Made by a program: the position numbers and the translations under genes
DNA from: Candidatus Multivorans sp.
Lineage (GTDB): Bacteria; Acidobacteriota; Thermoanaerobaculia; Multivoradales; Multivoraceae
DNA: 64,000 nucleotides
Direction: 5' to 3'
Assembly (NCBI GenBank): GCA_965208755.1
Contig: OZ242353.1
Coordinates: 1,045,590 to 1,109,589, forward strand
Part shown: positions 1-9,541 of the stretch, piece after piece
Numbering within the stretch: the first letter of the stretch is position 1
Layout of the letters: the number at the start of each line of letters is the position of its first letter
The notes under the pieces: generated by a model
Told to the model about the DNA's origin: nothing
What the model saw: the letters and a program-made list of their open reading frames with translations, nothing else
The model's database searches: none

Positions 1-1080
1 GGCTACGGTCAGGTCAAGCTGGCGCTGATGAACGAGATCCTGGGCCGCTCGCCGCACGCGCCGATCGTCTTCGGCTGCCAGGCGCCGGATTCCGGCAACG
101 CCGAGATCATCGCCCACTACGGCACGGACGAGCAGAAAGCCCGCTACCTGCGGCCCCTGCTCGACAACACGATGGTCTCCGCCTACTCGATGACGGAGCC
201 GCACGGCGGTTCCGACCCCAAGGTGTTCACGACCCGCGCCGTCCTCGACGGTGACGAGTGGGTGATCAACGGCGAGAAGTGGTTCTCCTCGAATGCCCGC
301 TACGCCTCCTTCCTCATCGTCATGGTGGTGACCGATCCGGACGCGCCGCCCTACAACAAGATGTCCATGTTCCTCGTGCCGAAGGACACGCCGGGCGTCG
401 AGATCGTCCGCAATGTCGCGGTCGGCGCCGGTGAGCAGGAGGGCTCGCACGGCTACGTCCGCTACAAGGACGTCCGCATCCCCCAGGACCACCTGCTCGG
501 CCAGCGCGGCCAGGGCTTCGTGGTCGCCCAGACCCGCCTGGGCGGCGGCCGCATCCACCACGCGATGCGGACGATCGCCAAGGTGCGTACCGCCTTCGAC
601 CAGATGTGCGAGCGGGTGCTCTCCCGCGAGACCCAGGGCGAACTCCTGGCGCAGAAGCAGCTCGTGCAGGAGAAGATCGCCGACTCCTGGGCGCAGATCG
701 AGCAGTTCCGGCTGTTCGTGCTCCAGACCGCCTGGAAGATCGACAAGTACAAGGACTACCGGATGGTCCGCAAGGACATCTCGGCGGTCAAGGCGGTCAT
801 GCCGAAGGTCTACCTGGACGTCTTCTCACGGGCGCTGATGATCCACGGCTCGCTCGGCGTCTCGAACGAGATGCCCTACTCCGCCGGCGTCATCGACTCG
901 TTCCACATGGCCCTCGCCGACGGACCGACCGAGGTCCACAAGATCACCGTGGCGAGGCAGCTCCTGCGGGAGTACGCCGGCACCGACGACCTCTTCCCGA
1001 CCACCCACCTGCCGAAGCTCCGCCAGGCTGCGTACGAGAAGTACGCCGAGGTGCTCGAGCACGCGGTGGCGGCCAACTAG
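1..1080 (+). CDS. acyl-CoA dehydrogenase family protein (5' end outside window)
   Basis: Motifs YSMTEPHGGSD, VINGEKWFSSNA, RLGGGRIHH, IHGSLGVS and LADGPTEVH; frame is open from position 1; TAG at 1078-1080. Confidence 0.95.
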   Translation, partial: GYGQVKLALMNEILGRSPHAPIVFGCQAPDSGNAEIIAHYGTDEQKARYLRPLLDNTMVSAYSMTEPHGGSDPKVFTTRAVLDGDEWVINGEKWFSSNARYASFLIVMVVTDPDAPPYNKMSMFLVPKDTPGVEIVRNVAVGAGEQEGSHGYVRYKDVRIPQDHLLGQRGQGFVVAQTRLGGGRIHHAMRTIAKVRTAFDQMCERVLSRETQGELLAQKQLVQEKIADSWAQIEQFRLFVLQTAWKIDKYKDYRMVRKDISAVKAVMPKVYLDVFSRALMIHGSLGVSNEMPYSAGVIDSFHMALADGPTEVHKITVARQLLREYAGTDDLFPTTHLPKLRQAAYEKYAEVLEHAVAAN

Positions 1081-1121
1081 CGCCTTTGACATCAGCCGGG
1101 CTTGAAGCCCCGGTGGCGGAG

Positions 1122-1137
1122 CCTCCGAAACTGTAGG
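1122..1137 (+). promoter_or_regulatory. 16-bp palindromic operator candidate CCTCCGAAACTGTAGG, with -10-like CACAAT at 1161
   Basis: Matches the consensus CCCnCARnnYTGYAGG seen upstream of the other array genes, with the same spacing to a -10-like hexamer. Confidence 0.6.
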
Positions 1138-2291
1138 CCACAAGTCGTTGACTAACGGGACACAATCAACGTAATCACGCTCATATCCGGCTCCTTGAGC
1201 CCCCTTGAGGGAGACTGGCGATGGAAACGCGCGTTTCGTACCGGGTCTGGACGCTCCTGGTCTGCGCACCGTTGATGACGGTGGCGACCGCGGTGCGAAG
1301 CCAGACTCTCCCCGAGCAACTGACGAAGGACGTGGTCGAGACCTTTCTGACCGACCACGGCATATCGACCGTCGAGGGGTTGATCGAGGCGCTGCCGCCG
1401 CTGCACAAACGGCATTTCGTCGCCGTGTTCGACTCCGCCGGCCTGTCGTCGGAGTTCACGTCGCTGTCCCATCCGAGGATCGTCTCCTGGGGAGCGGATG
1501 CCCGCTTCATTCTCGCCTGGTCGACGAACCTTGAGGATCCGCTCGCCGACAGCGTGGAGTTTCTTCAGCACGCGCCGGACGATGCCCGCTGGATCGCGGG
1601 AGTCTTCGACTTCTCCGCCGAGGAACCCGCGGTCCGTCATCCCGATTCGTGCGCCCGCTGCCACGGGACGCTGAATCGCCCGATCTGGGGCGAGGACGAG
1701 ACCTGGCGAGGCACCGAAGACGACAGGACGGGCGCTTTCGACTGGTCGGCGTTCGCGGAGAGCATGCTGACGTCGGACCATCCGAGGTTGGCGCCTCTCG
1801 ACGTGAGCGACTACGGCGTCCGTTCGAGGCGCCGGATCACGGTGCCGGCCTGGCACGGCGCCCCTGGCTTCAAGGCTTCCAGTACCAGACCCGCCTGGGA
1901 GTTCGGTCAGATGCTGATCGCCCGTCACGCCGAGGTTCTCTTCGAGGGTCTGAAGAGCCGGGACTTCGACCAGCATTTCGGTTCCGTTGTCTGTTCCCCG
2001 GGCAGTCCGCACCGCTTCATGGATCGCATGGATGACATGTTTCCTCTCGCCGACTACAACCTGAACCTGCTCGCGGACGGGTCGACCATGGTCCAGGGAG
2101 TGGGGAAGTTCGACCCGGGATACCCGGGCGACACCATTTGGCCATCCTGGGACGGGGGCTACTACGGTGGAGACACCTCGTTGAAGGCCGCGATCGCCTT
2201 TCTCATATTGCATGATCTGCAGAAGAACAACAGGGTCGTTCGCGGTGTGTACGACAGGACGTCGAGCCACGACGCTTCGAGGAGCCCGTAC

Positions 2292-3568
2292 CACTGCTGT
2301 CCCACAAACTTCAGGGCAGGGCGAGTTGCAGTTGATCGTTTCTCGGGCGCGGCGGGTCGCGTTGTGTCTGTAACAGGTCATTGAGTGGGCGTCGTTCGAA
2401 GAGATTCAGTTGGAGCAGACGGAGGATCTCGCTGAGCGTCCACTTGAGGCGATTGGAGAACTTCAGGTAGGCGAGGAGGAGGTGGACGCACATGGCGATC
2501 CAGATCTGCGTCAGCACGGCGTTGCGGGAAGTGCCGAGGAAGCTCTTGATCCGGAGGTTCTGCTTGATCCACTTGAAGAAGAGCTCGACCTGCCAGCGCG
2601 CCTTGTAGATGTCCGCGATGGTCCTCGGCGCGAGCGCGAAGTTGTTGGTGAGGAACACGTAGTGCTTGCCGGTCGCGGCGTCGCGATAGCCGACCCTCCG
2701 CAGCGGAATCGGGCAGTCCTTCCGGCCCTTCCTGCTCGTCAGCTCGATCAGCTGGTCCGAGGTCACGCCGCGGCCGGGCGCGTACGAGCGGCGCTCCCGC
2801 ACCGCGTACCGGACTCCCCGCTTGAGCCGCGTGACCAGGAAAACCCCTTGCTCGTCAAGGGATCTCAACCAACTGAAGTCCTGGTACAACCGGTCCGCGG
2901 CGACGATGCTCCCCACTGGCAAGCGCAGCGTCCGCGCCACGTCGATGTCGGACCCCTTCCCGTCCGTCACGCTCAGGAAGGACGGCAGATTCCCGCCGTG
3001 GTCGAGACCGACGTGGACCTTGATCGCCCCTTTGCTCTTGCCGTACTTCGCCCAGGGAAACAACGAGAGGCACAGGTCGATGTACGTCGCGTCCAGGGAC
3101 ACGAGCGGATTCTTGAACCGGAACCCGTGGCCGGGCGCCAAGCCTCGGCAGCGGTCCAGAAGGCGCTTGAACTGCAACTCGAAGAGCTCGTGAGGCTGCT
3201 CCTCGTTCACCCGCGCCAGAGAGGACCGCGCGACCCGACCGACGCCGAGATGGTAGAGCTTCCGTCTCTGGGCTTCCAGATTCGAGACGACGTCCCGCAG
3301 GCTGCACCGCCCCGACAACTGCGCCATCGCCATCGCCGCGAACTGGCTCCACCGGCTCATGGAACGGAGCTTCCTCCCCTTGTGATGCCTCCGGGCGTCC
3401 CGCTCGAACTCATGTCTCGACACCAGCCTGAGCAACTGTCCGAGCACGGTGTTATGATGCGCCATGGGTCTGGATCTCCTTGCTGTAGTTGGACTTTCGA
3501 CCAAGACCAACCTTACAGCACCGGACGATTCAGGCCCTTTTCTCAACCCGGTTTGTGGGACAGCAGTG
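2292..3568 (-). mobile_element. IS4-family insertion sequence, copy 1 (1277 bp)
   Basis: 18-bp terminal inverted repeats CACTGCTGTCCCACAAAC / GTTTGTGGGACAGCAGTG enclose a single transposase gene. Confidence 0.95.
2311..3465 (-). CDS. IS4-family DDE transposase (DUF4372-type N-terminus)
   Basis: LDAT, ADRLY and YKARWQVELFFKWIK (YREK signature); AAGGAG RBS before the ATG of MAHHNT. Confidence 0.95.
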   Translation of the reverse strand: MAHHNTVLGQLLRLVSRHEFERDARRHHKGRKLRSMSRWSQFAAMAMAQLSGRCSLRDVVSNLEAQRRKLYHLGVGRVARSSLARVNEEQPHELFELQFKRLLDRCRGLAPGHGFRFKNPLVSLDATYIDLCLSLFPWAKYGKSKGAIKVHVGLDHGGNLPSFLSVTDGKGSDIDVARTLRLPVGSIVAADRLYQDFSWLRSLDEQGVFLVTRLKRGVRYAVRERRSYAPGRGVTSDQLIELTSRKGRKDCPIPLRRVGYRDAATGKHYVFLTNNFALAPRTIADIYKARWQVELFFKWIKQNLRIKSFLGTSRNAVLTQIWIAMCVHLLLAYLKFSNRLKWTLSEILRLLQLNLFERRPLNDLLQTQRDPPRPRNDQLQLALP

Positions 3569-3818
3569 GGGAGAGGCCGTCTCTGAGTTCCTCAATGAGA
3601 TCCTCATATGCCACGGGAAACGGATGACTCGGCGTCACGCGAGCTGGCTCTCGCGCTTCGTAACGTTGGTCCTGCGGGTGAAGGGCCACCCGGTCGAAGC
3701 CGCGCTTTAGCGCGGTGCTCCACACGCGGCTTGGTGGCAAATCGTACTCGTCCCGCAGGACCGATGCGGTGATTCCCGGAACGACGATGACGGGGGGAGG
3801 AAGAGAAGGTGTTGGCAT
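3569..3818 (-). pseudogene. 5' fragment of a lipase/acyltransferase-like alpha/beta hydrolase captured between the IS copies
   Basis: GAGG RBS and ATG, then PVIVVPGITAS (typical of LCAT/PGAP1-like N-termini) and AYEDLIEEL; cut by the IS terminus at 3568. Confidence 0.6.
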
Positions 3819-3929
3819 CCCGGTACCTCAGTTGCGAATCTACCCCAGCAAGGAAAGCTGGAAGGCGCAGCATAGCCTGTTGCGTTGAACCCGCTTCTCG
3901 CCCTAGCCGCTGAGGGATCTCCTGCAGAG

Positions 3930-5206
3930 CACTGCTGTCCCACAAACTTCAGGGCAGGGCGAGTTGCAGTTGATCGTTTCTCGGGCGCGGCGGGTCGCGT
4001 TGTGTCTGTAACAGGTCATTGAGTGGGCGTCGTTCGAAGAGATTCAGTTGGAGCAGACGGAGGATCTCGCTGAGCGTCCACTTGAGGCGATTGGAGAACT
4101 TCAGGTAGGCGAGGAGGAGGTGGACGCACATGGCGATCCAGATCTGCGTCAGCACGGCGTTGCGGGAAGTGCCGAGGAAGCTCTTGATCCGGAGGTTCTG
4201 CTTGATCCACTTGAAGAAGAGCTCGACCTGCCAGCGCGCCTTGTAGATGTCCGCGATGGTCCTCGGCGCGAGCGCGAAGTTGTTGGTGAGGAACACGTAG
4301 TGCTTGCCGGTCGCGGCGTCGCGATAGCCGACCCTCCGCAGCGGAATCGGGCAGTCCTTCCGGCCCTTCCTGCTCGTCAGCTCGATCAGCTGGTCCGAGG
4401 TCACGCCGCGGCCGGGCGCGTACGAGCGGCGCTCCCGCACCGCGTACCGGACTCCCCGCTTGAGCCGCGTGACCAGGAAAACCCCTTGCTCGTCAAGGGA
4501 TCTCAACCAACTGAAGTCCTGGTACAACCGGTCCGCGGCGACGATGCTCCCCACTGGCAAGCGCAGCGTCCGCGCCACGTCGATGTCGGACCCCTTCCCG
4601 TCCGTCACGCTCAGGAAGGACGGCAGATTCCCGCCGTGGTCGAGACCGACGTGGACCTTGATCGCCCCTTTGCTCTTGCCGTACTTCGCCCAGGGAAACA
4701 ACGAGAGGCACAGGTCGATGTACGTCGCGTCCAGGGACACGAGCGGATTCTTGAACCGGAACCCGTGGCCGGGCGCCAAGCCTCGGCAGCGGTCCAGAAG
4801 GCGCTTGAACTGCAACTCGAAGAGCTCGTGAGGCTGCTCCTCGTTCACCCGCGCCAGAGAGGACCGCGCGACCCGACCGACGCCGAGATGGTAGAGCTTC
4901 CGTCTCTGGGCTTCCAGATTCGAGACGACGTCCCGCAGGCTGCACCGCCCCGACAACTGCGCCATCGCCATCGCCGCGAACTGGCTCCACCGGCTCATGG
5001 AACGGAGCTTCCTCCCCTTGTGATGCCTCCGGGCGTCCCGCTCGAACTCATGTCTCGACACCAGCCTGAGCAACTGTCCGAGCACGGTGTTATGATGCGC
5101 CATGGGTCTGGATCTCCTTGCTGTAGTTGGACTTTCGACCAAGACCAACCTTACAGCACCGGACGATTCAGGCCCTTTTCTCAACCCGGTTTGTGGGACA
5201 GCAGTG
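3930..5206 (-). mobile_element. IS4-family insertion sequence, copy 2
   Basis: Same inverted repeats and apparently identical sequence at offset 1638 from copy 1. Confidence 0.95.
3949..5103 (-). CDS. IS4-family DDE transposase
   Basis: Translation identical to 2311-3465. Confidence 0.95.
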   Translation of the reverse strand: MAHHNTVLGQLLRLVSRHEFERDARRHHKGRKLRSMSRWSQFAAMAMAQLSGRCSLRDVVSNLEAQRRKLYHLGVGRVARSSLARVNEEQPHELFELQFKRLLDRCRGLAPGHGFRFKNPLVSLDATYIDLCLSLFPWAKYGKSKGAIKVHVGLDHGGNLPSFLSVTDGKGSDIDVARTLRLPVGSIVAADRLYQDFSWLRSLDEQGVFLVTRLKRGVRYAVRERRSYAPGRGVTSDQLIELTSRKGRKDCPIPLRRVGYRDAATGKHYVFLTNNFALAPRTIADIYKARWQVELFFKWIKQNLRIKSFLGTSRNAVLTQIWIAMCVHLLLAYLKFSNRLKWTLSEILRLLQLNLFERRPLNDLLQTQRDPPRPRNDQLQLALP

Positions 5207-5804
5207 AGCCCGTACTATCAGCGGTGGTTTCTGGAAGCCCATGGCGTCGACGCCGGCAGGGAGCTCCGCGACGCCTACGACACGTTGATCCGCAGCTACG
5301 GACAGAATTCGCTGAACCTGCGCCGGCGCCGGGCGAAACCGCCGAGGGACGCCTGGTACTTCGCTTTCCAGCACGTTGCGAATTGGGAATTCAGAAACGA
5401 CGTCTGCGAGGCGCTGGAAGAGGAAAGCCCGTTGCCGGAGTTGCCGGAGTTGCCGGCTGTCGAGCCCACGGTCAAGGTTGCCGACCGGCTTCCGGAGGTT
5501 TCCCTGACCGAGCGGGGCGCGCGCAAATCGATCGAACTCGACCGCTTCTTCTACGAACCGTACGGCAACTCCCTCACCTACAGGGCGGAGTCCTCGTCTC
5601 CGGCGGTGAGGGTCTCCCTGAGGAGCAGCAGGACCTGGCGGAACACCGAGTGGGTCGCGAGGTGGGCCGAGAACACGGTGTTGAGGCTCGATCCGGTGGA
5701 TGAGGGACTTGCGACGGTGACGGTTACCGCGTCCGTCGCGGGCGCGTCCGTCACCCAGGAGTTCTCCGTGACGGTGGCCGGCACCCCCGAACAGCCCGAA
5801 TCGC

Positions 5805-5955
5805 CGCCCGCCGTTCCACCGCCGCCCGCCGGTCCACCGCCGCCCGCCGATCCACCGCCGCCCGCCGATCCACCGCCGCCCGCCGGTCCACCGCCGCCCA
5901 CCGGCCCGCCGGCCCAGCCGGAACCGCCGCCCCAGCCGGAACCGCCGCCACCGCC
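5805..5955 (+). repeat. Pro-rich linker built from 18-bp tandem units (CCACCGCCGCCCGCCG[A/G]T); a paralogous copy is at ~8340-8490
   Basis: Encodes PPPPAD/PPPPAG repeats between the passenger and the C-terminal module. Confidence 0.85.
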
Positions 5956-6689
5956 AACGGTACGTCAGGGCCCCCTTCAAGCGGCGTTCACCGCGGACAC
6001 GGAATGCTCGGAGGAGCTTTGCCGGGCCTCGACCGGACAGATGGTGACCTTCGAGGACACGAGCGCGGGCGCGGTAGCCGAGCGCAGTTGGGACCTGGGC
6101 TACGGCCCGGAAAGGCATGACCGAGCGGTGCGGGCTTCGTGGTCGGAACCGGGCTTCTACACGGTGCGCCTGAACGTTGCCAACCGTACTCACTCGTCGA
6201 GCGTCTCGCGCGTTCTTCTGGTGGAGGCGGCCGAGCCGGCGGGGAGCTGCGCGGCGGATCCCGGGACCCTGTGCCTGATGGACTCTCGTTACAGCGTGTC
6301 GATCCGGTGGCGCGGCGGCGGGGGAGAGGGCGGCAGCGCCCGGGTGGTCCATGCCGGAACGAACAACACGGGGATGTTCCGTTTCTTCGGCCGGGACAAC
6401 TGGGAGCTTCTGGTCAAGGTGCTGGACGGTTGCGCCTTGAACGGCCATCACTGGGTCCTTGCGGCCGGAGCCACCGACTTGGGGCTCGACCTGACCGTGA
6501 CCGACACCGTGACCGGCGTGAGCAGCACCTACACCTCGGAGGCCGGCGAGGTCGCGCCGGCGATAGTGGACGCTCAGGCGTTCCCGGACGGTTGCCGGGA
6601 GTAGGCGCGAGCGCCGGCGCCGGACATCGCGGGACCCATTTGGTCTCGCGGAAGACGATCCGGACTTCGCGTGCCAGAATGCGCTTACC

Positions 6690-9140
6690 GTGACACACGC
6701 CGCGAACCTTCGCTGCCGTTTGGGAATCTTCCTGCGGTTCCAGATTTGTCTCTCGCTGACTGCGGTGCTCGCGGTCGAAGGTCAGACTCTCCCCGAGCAA
6801 CTGACGGAGGATGTGGTCGAGACCTTCCTGACCGATCACGCCATAACGACGGTCGAGGGGTTGATCGAGGCGTTGCCGCCGCTTCACAAGCGGCACTTCA
6901 TCGCCGTCCACGACTCGGCCGGTCTGTCGGCTGAATTCACATCGACCGTCCATCCCAGGATCATCTCCTGGGGCGCCGATTCCCGCTTCATTCTGGCCTG
7001 GTCGACGAACCCCGACGATCCGCTCGGCGACAGCGTGGAGTTTCTTCGGCATGCGCCGCAACAGGCGACGTGGATCGCGGGAGTCTTCGACTTCTCCGCC
7101 GAGGAACCCGCAGTCCGTCATCCCGATTCGTGCGCCCGCTGCCACGGGACGCTGAATCGCCCGATCTGGGGCGAGGACGAGACCTGGCGGGGCACCGAGG
7201 ACGACAGGACGGGCGATTTCGACTGGTCGGCGTTCGCGGAGACCATGCTGACGTCGGACCATCCGAGGTTGGCGCCTCTCGACGTGAGCGACTACGGCGT
7301 CCGTTCGAGGCGTCGCATCACGGTGCCGGCCTGGCGCGGTACCGTGGGCTTCAACGATTCCAGTGTTCGCCCCGCTTGGGAGTTCGGTCAGATGCTGATC
7401 GCCCGTCACGCGGAAGTTCTTTTCGAAGGTCTGAAGGCCCGGGGGTTCGACCAGCATTTCGGTTCCGTTGTCTGTTCCACGCGCGGTTGGTTCGGTTTCG
7501 TGAACTACGTGGATGACATGTTTCCTCGGGCTGACTACAATCTGAACCTCCTCGCGGACGAGTCCGTGATGGTGCAGGGAATGGGGAGGGACACGGATAA
7601 CACCTGGCCATCCTGGGACGGGGGCTACTACGGCGGAAACACCTCGTTGAAGGTGGCGATCGGCTTCCTCATGTTCGGCGCTCTGCGGGAGGAAGTCGAC
7701 AGCGTCCGCGACCTGTACCGCTCCACTCCGAGCAGGGGCGCGACCCGGACCAGCGGGTACTACCTGCGATGGCCCTTCGAATCCGCTGGCGTCAACGCCG
7801 ACGAGGAGTTCCAGGACGCCTACGACACGTTGATCCGCAGCCGCGGACAAGATTCTCTGGATCGGCGCAGGCGCCGGGCGCGGCCGCCAAGGGACGCTTG
7901 GTACTTCGTCTTCAATCACGTCGCACAGTTCAGAGACAGCCTCTGCGAGGCACTGAAGGAGGAAGGCCCGCTGCCGGAATTGCCGGAGTTGCCGCCTGTC
8001 GAGCACACGGTCGGTTTTGTCGACCGGCTCCCGGAGGTTTCACTGACCGAGCGGGACGCGCGCGCATCGATCGAACTCGACCGCTTCTTCTACGAACCGT
8101 ACGGCGAATCGCTCAGCTACAGCGCGGAATCCTCGTCCCCGGCAGTGAGGGTCTCCCTGAGAAAGGACAGAATATGGCGGAGCTACTCGTGGGTGGCAAG
8201 GTACCTTGGCAAGACGGAGTTGAGGCTCGATCCGGTGGATGAGGGACTTGCGACGGTGACGGTTACCGCGTCCGTCGCGGGCGCGTCCGTCACCCAGGAG
8301 TTCTCCGTGACGGTGGCCGGCGCCCCCGAACAGCCCGAATCGCCGCCCGCCGATCCACCGCCGCCCGCCGGTCCACCGCCGCCCGCCGATCCACCGCCGC
8401 CCGCCGGTCCACCGCCGCCCGCCGATCCACCGCCGCCCACCGGCCCGCCGGCCCAGCCGGAACCGCCGCCCCAGCCGGAACCGCCGCCGCCAACGGTACG
8501 TCAGGGCCCCCTTCAGGCAGCGTTCGCCGCGGACGCGGAATGCTCGGAGGAGCTCTGCCGGGCCTCGACCGGACAAATGGTGACCTTCGAGGACACGAGC
8601 GCGGGCGCGGTAGCCGAGCGCGGTTGGGACTTGGGCTACGGCCCGGAAAGGCATGACCGAGCGGTGCGGGCTTCGTGGTCGGAACCGGGCTTCTACACGG
8701 TGCGCCTGAGAGTTGCCAACCGTACTCACTCGTCGAGCGTCTCGCGCGTTCTTCTGGTGGAGGCGGCCGAGCCGGCGGGGAGCTGCGCGGCGAATCCCGG
8801 GACCCTGTGCCTGATGGACTCTCGTTACAGCGTGTCGATCCGCTGGCGCGGCGGCGGGGGAGAGGGCGGCAGCGCCCGGGTGGTCCATGCCGGAACGAAC
8901 AACACGGGGATGTTCCGTTTCTTCGGCCGGGACAACTGGGAGCTGTTGGTCAAGGTGCTGGACGGTTGCGCCTTGAACGGCCATCACTGGGTCCTTGCGG
9001 CCGGAGCCACCGACCTGGGGCTCGACCTGACCGTGACCGACACCGTGACCGGCGTGAGCAGCACCTACACCTCGGAGGCCGGCGAGGTCGCGCCGGCGAT
9101 AGTGGACGCTCAGGCGTTCCCGGACGGTTGCCGGGAGTAG
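6690..9140 (+). CDS. Secreted CxxCH-domain (putative c-type heme) protein with Ig-like domain, Pro linker and shared C-terminal module
   Basis: GTG start, signal peptide ending VEG-Q, HPDSCARCHG motif, C-terminus FFGRDNWELLVKVLDGCALNGHHWV...AFPDGCRE. Confidence 0.9.
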   Translation: MTHAANLRCRLGIFLRFQICLSLTAVLAVEGQTLPEQLTEDVVETFLTDHAITTVEGLIEALPPLHKRHFIAVHDSAGLSAEFTSTVHPRIISWGADSRFILAWSTNPDDPLGDSVEFLRHAPQQATWIAGVFDFSAEEPAVRHPDSCARCHGTLNRPIWGEDETWRGTEDDRTGDFDWSAFAETMLTSDHPRLAPLDVSDYGVRSRRRITVPAWRGTVGFNDSSVRPAWEFGQMLIARHAEVLFEGLKARGFDQHFGSVVCSTRGWFGFVNYVDDMFPRADYNLNLLADESVMVQGMGRDTDNTWPSWDGGYYGGNTSLKVAIGFLMFGALREEVDSVRDLYRSTPSRGATRTSGYYLRWPFESAGVNADEEFQDAYDTLIRSRGQDSLDRRRRRARPPRDAWYFVFNHVAQFRDSLCEALKEEGPLPELPELPPVEHTVGFVDRLPEVSLTERDARASIELDRFFYEPYGESLSYSAESSSPAVRVSLRKDRIWRSYSWVARYLGKTELRLDPVDEGLATVTVTASVAGASVTQEFSVTVAGAPEQPESPPADPPPPAGPPPPADPPPPAGPPPPADPPPPTGPPAQPEPPPQPEPPPPTVRQGPLQAAFAADAECSEELCRASTGQMVTFEDTSAGAVAERGWDLGYGPERHDRAVRASWSEPGFYTVRLRVANRTHSSSVSRVLLVEAAEPAGSCAANPGTLCLMDSRYSVSIRWRGGGGEGGSARVVHAGTNNTGMFRFFGRDNWELLVKVLDGCALNGHHWVLAAGATDLGLDLTVTDTVTGVSSTYTSEAGEVAPAIVDAQAFPDGCRE

Positions 9141-9187
9141 GCGCGAGCGCCGCCGCCGGACATCGCGGGCCCACCTGATTTCGCGGT

Positions 9188-9445
9188 GGACGCGCCGGAC
9201 GATGCCCGCTGGATCGCGGGAGTCTTCGATTTCTCGGGGCGGGCGTGGCGGTTCTTCACCCGGAAGGGTGCTCGCGATGCCACGGGACGCTGAGGCGTCC
9301 CCTGTGGGGAGAAAGCGTCCAGATACCGAAGAATGGCGGACACGGCGCGGAGTCGGACAGGTCGCCGGGTTTCGACTACCGCTCGTTCGCGACGAGCATG
9401 CTGACCTCGAACCATCCGAGATTGCTGCCGCTCGACCGGCTCAGA
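9188..9445 (+). pseudogene. Frameshifted remnant of another CxxCH-domain paralog
   Basis: DAPDDARWIAGVFDFS, then a frame change to AVLHPEGCSRCHGTLRRPLWGE...SMLTSNHPRLLPLD; no start, signal peptide or C-terminal module. Confidence 0.8.
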
Positions 9446-9541
9446 CGCTGTCCGCCCGGCATGCCCAGCAGTCACGGATGTGCTCTCGTTCCAGACAGGT
9501 TGCCGCCGGTAAGGCCGCGCGACCAGCGCTGGCGGGCTTCC

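Larger units (their letters stand above)
2292..5206. mobile_element. Composite transposon: two direct IS4-family copies around a 361-bp passenger
   Basis: 9-bp direct repeat AGCCCGTAC at 2283-2291 and 5207-5215 flanks the whole unit; the inner IS ends have unrelated flanks. Confidence 0.9.
1221..6604 (+). pseudogene. Secreted CxxCH-domain protein with the shared C-terminal module, split by a composite transposon (pieces 1221-2291 and 5216-6604; 819 aa when rejoined)
   Basis: GAGGGAG RBS, signal peptide and CARCH motif. Removing 2292-5215 joins SRSPY to YQRWF in frame, collinear with the paralog at 6690-9140 (TSGYYLRWPF). Confidence 0.9.

Noticed and set aside
1095..1117. Hairpin after the acyl-CoA dehydrogenase as a terminator
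   Set aside because: Imperfect stem and no U-tract.
5102..5215. IS-derived ATG in frame with the distal half of the disrupted gene
   Set aside because: No RBS or signal peptide; most likely coincidental.
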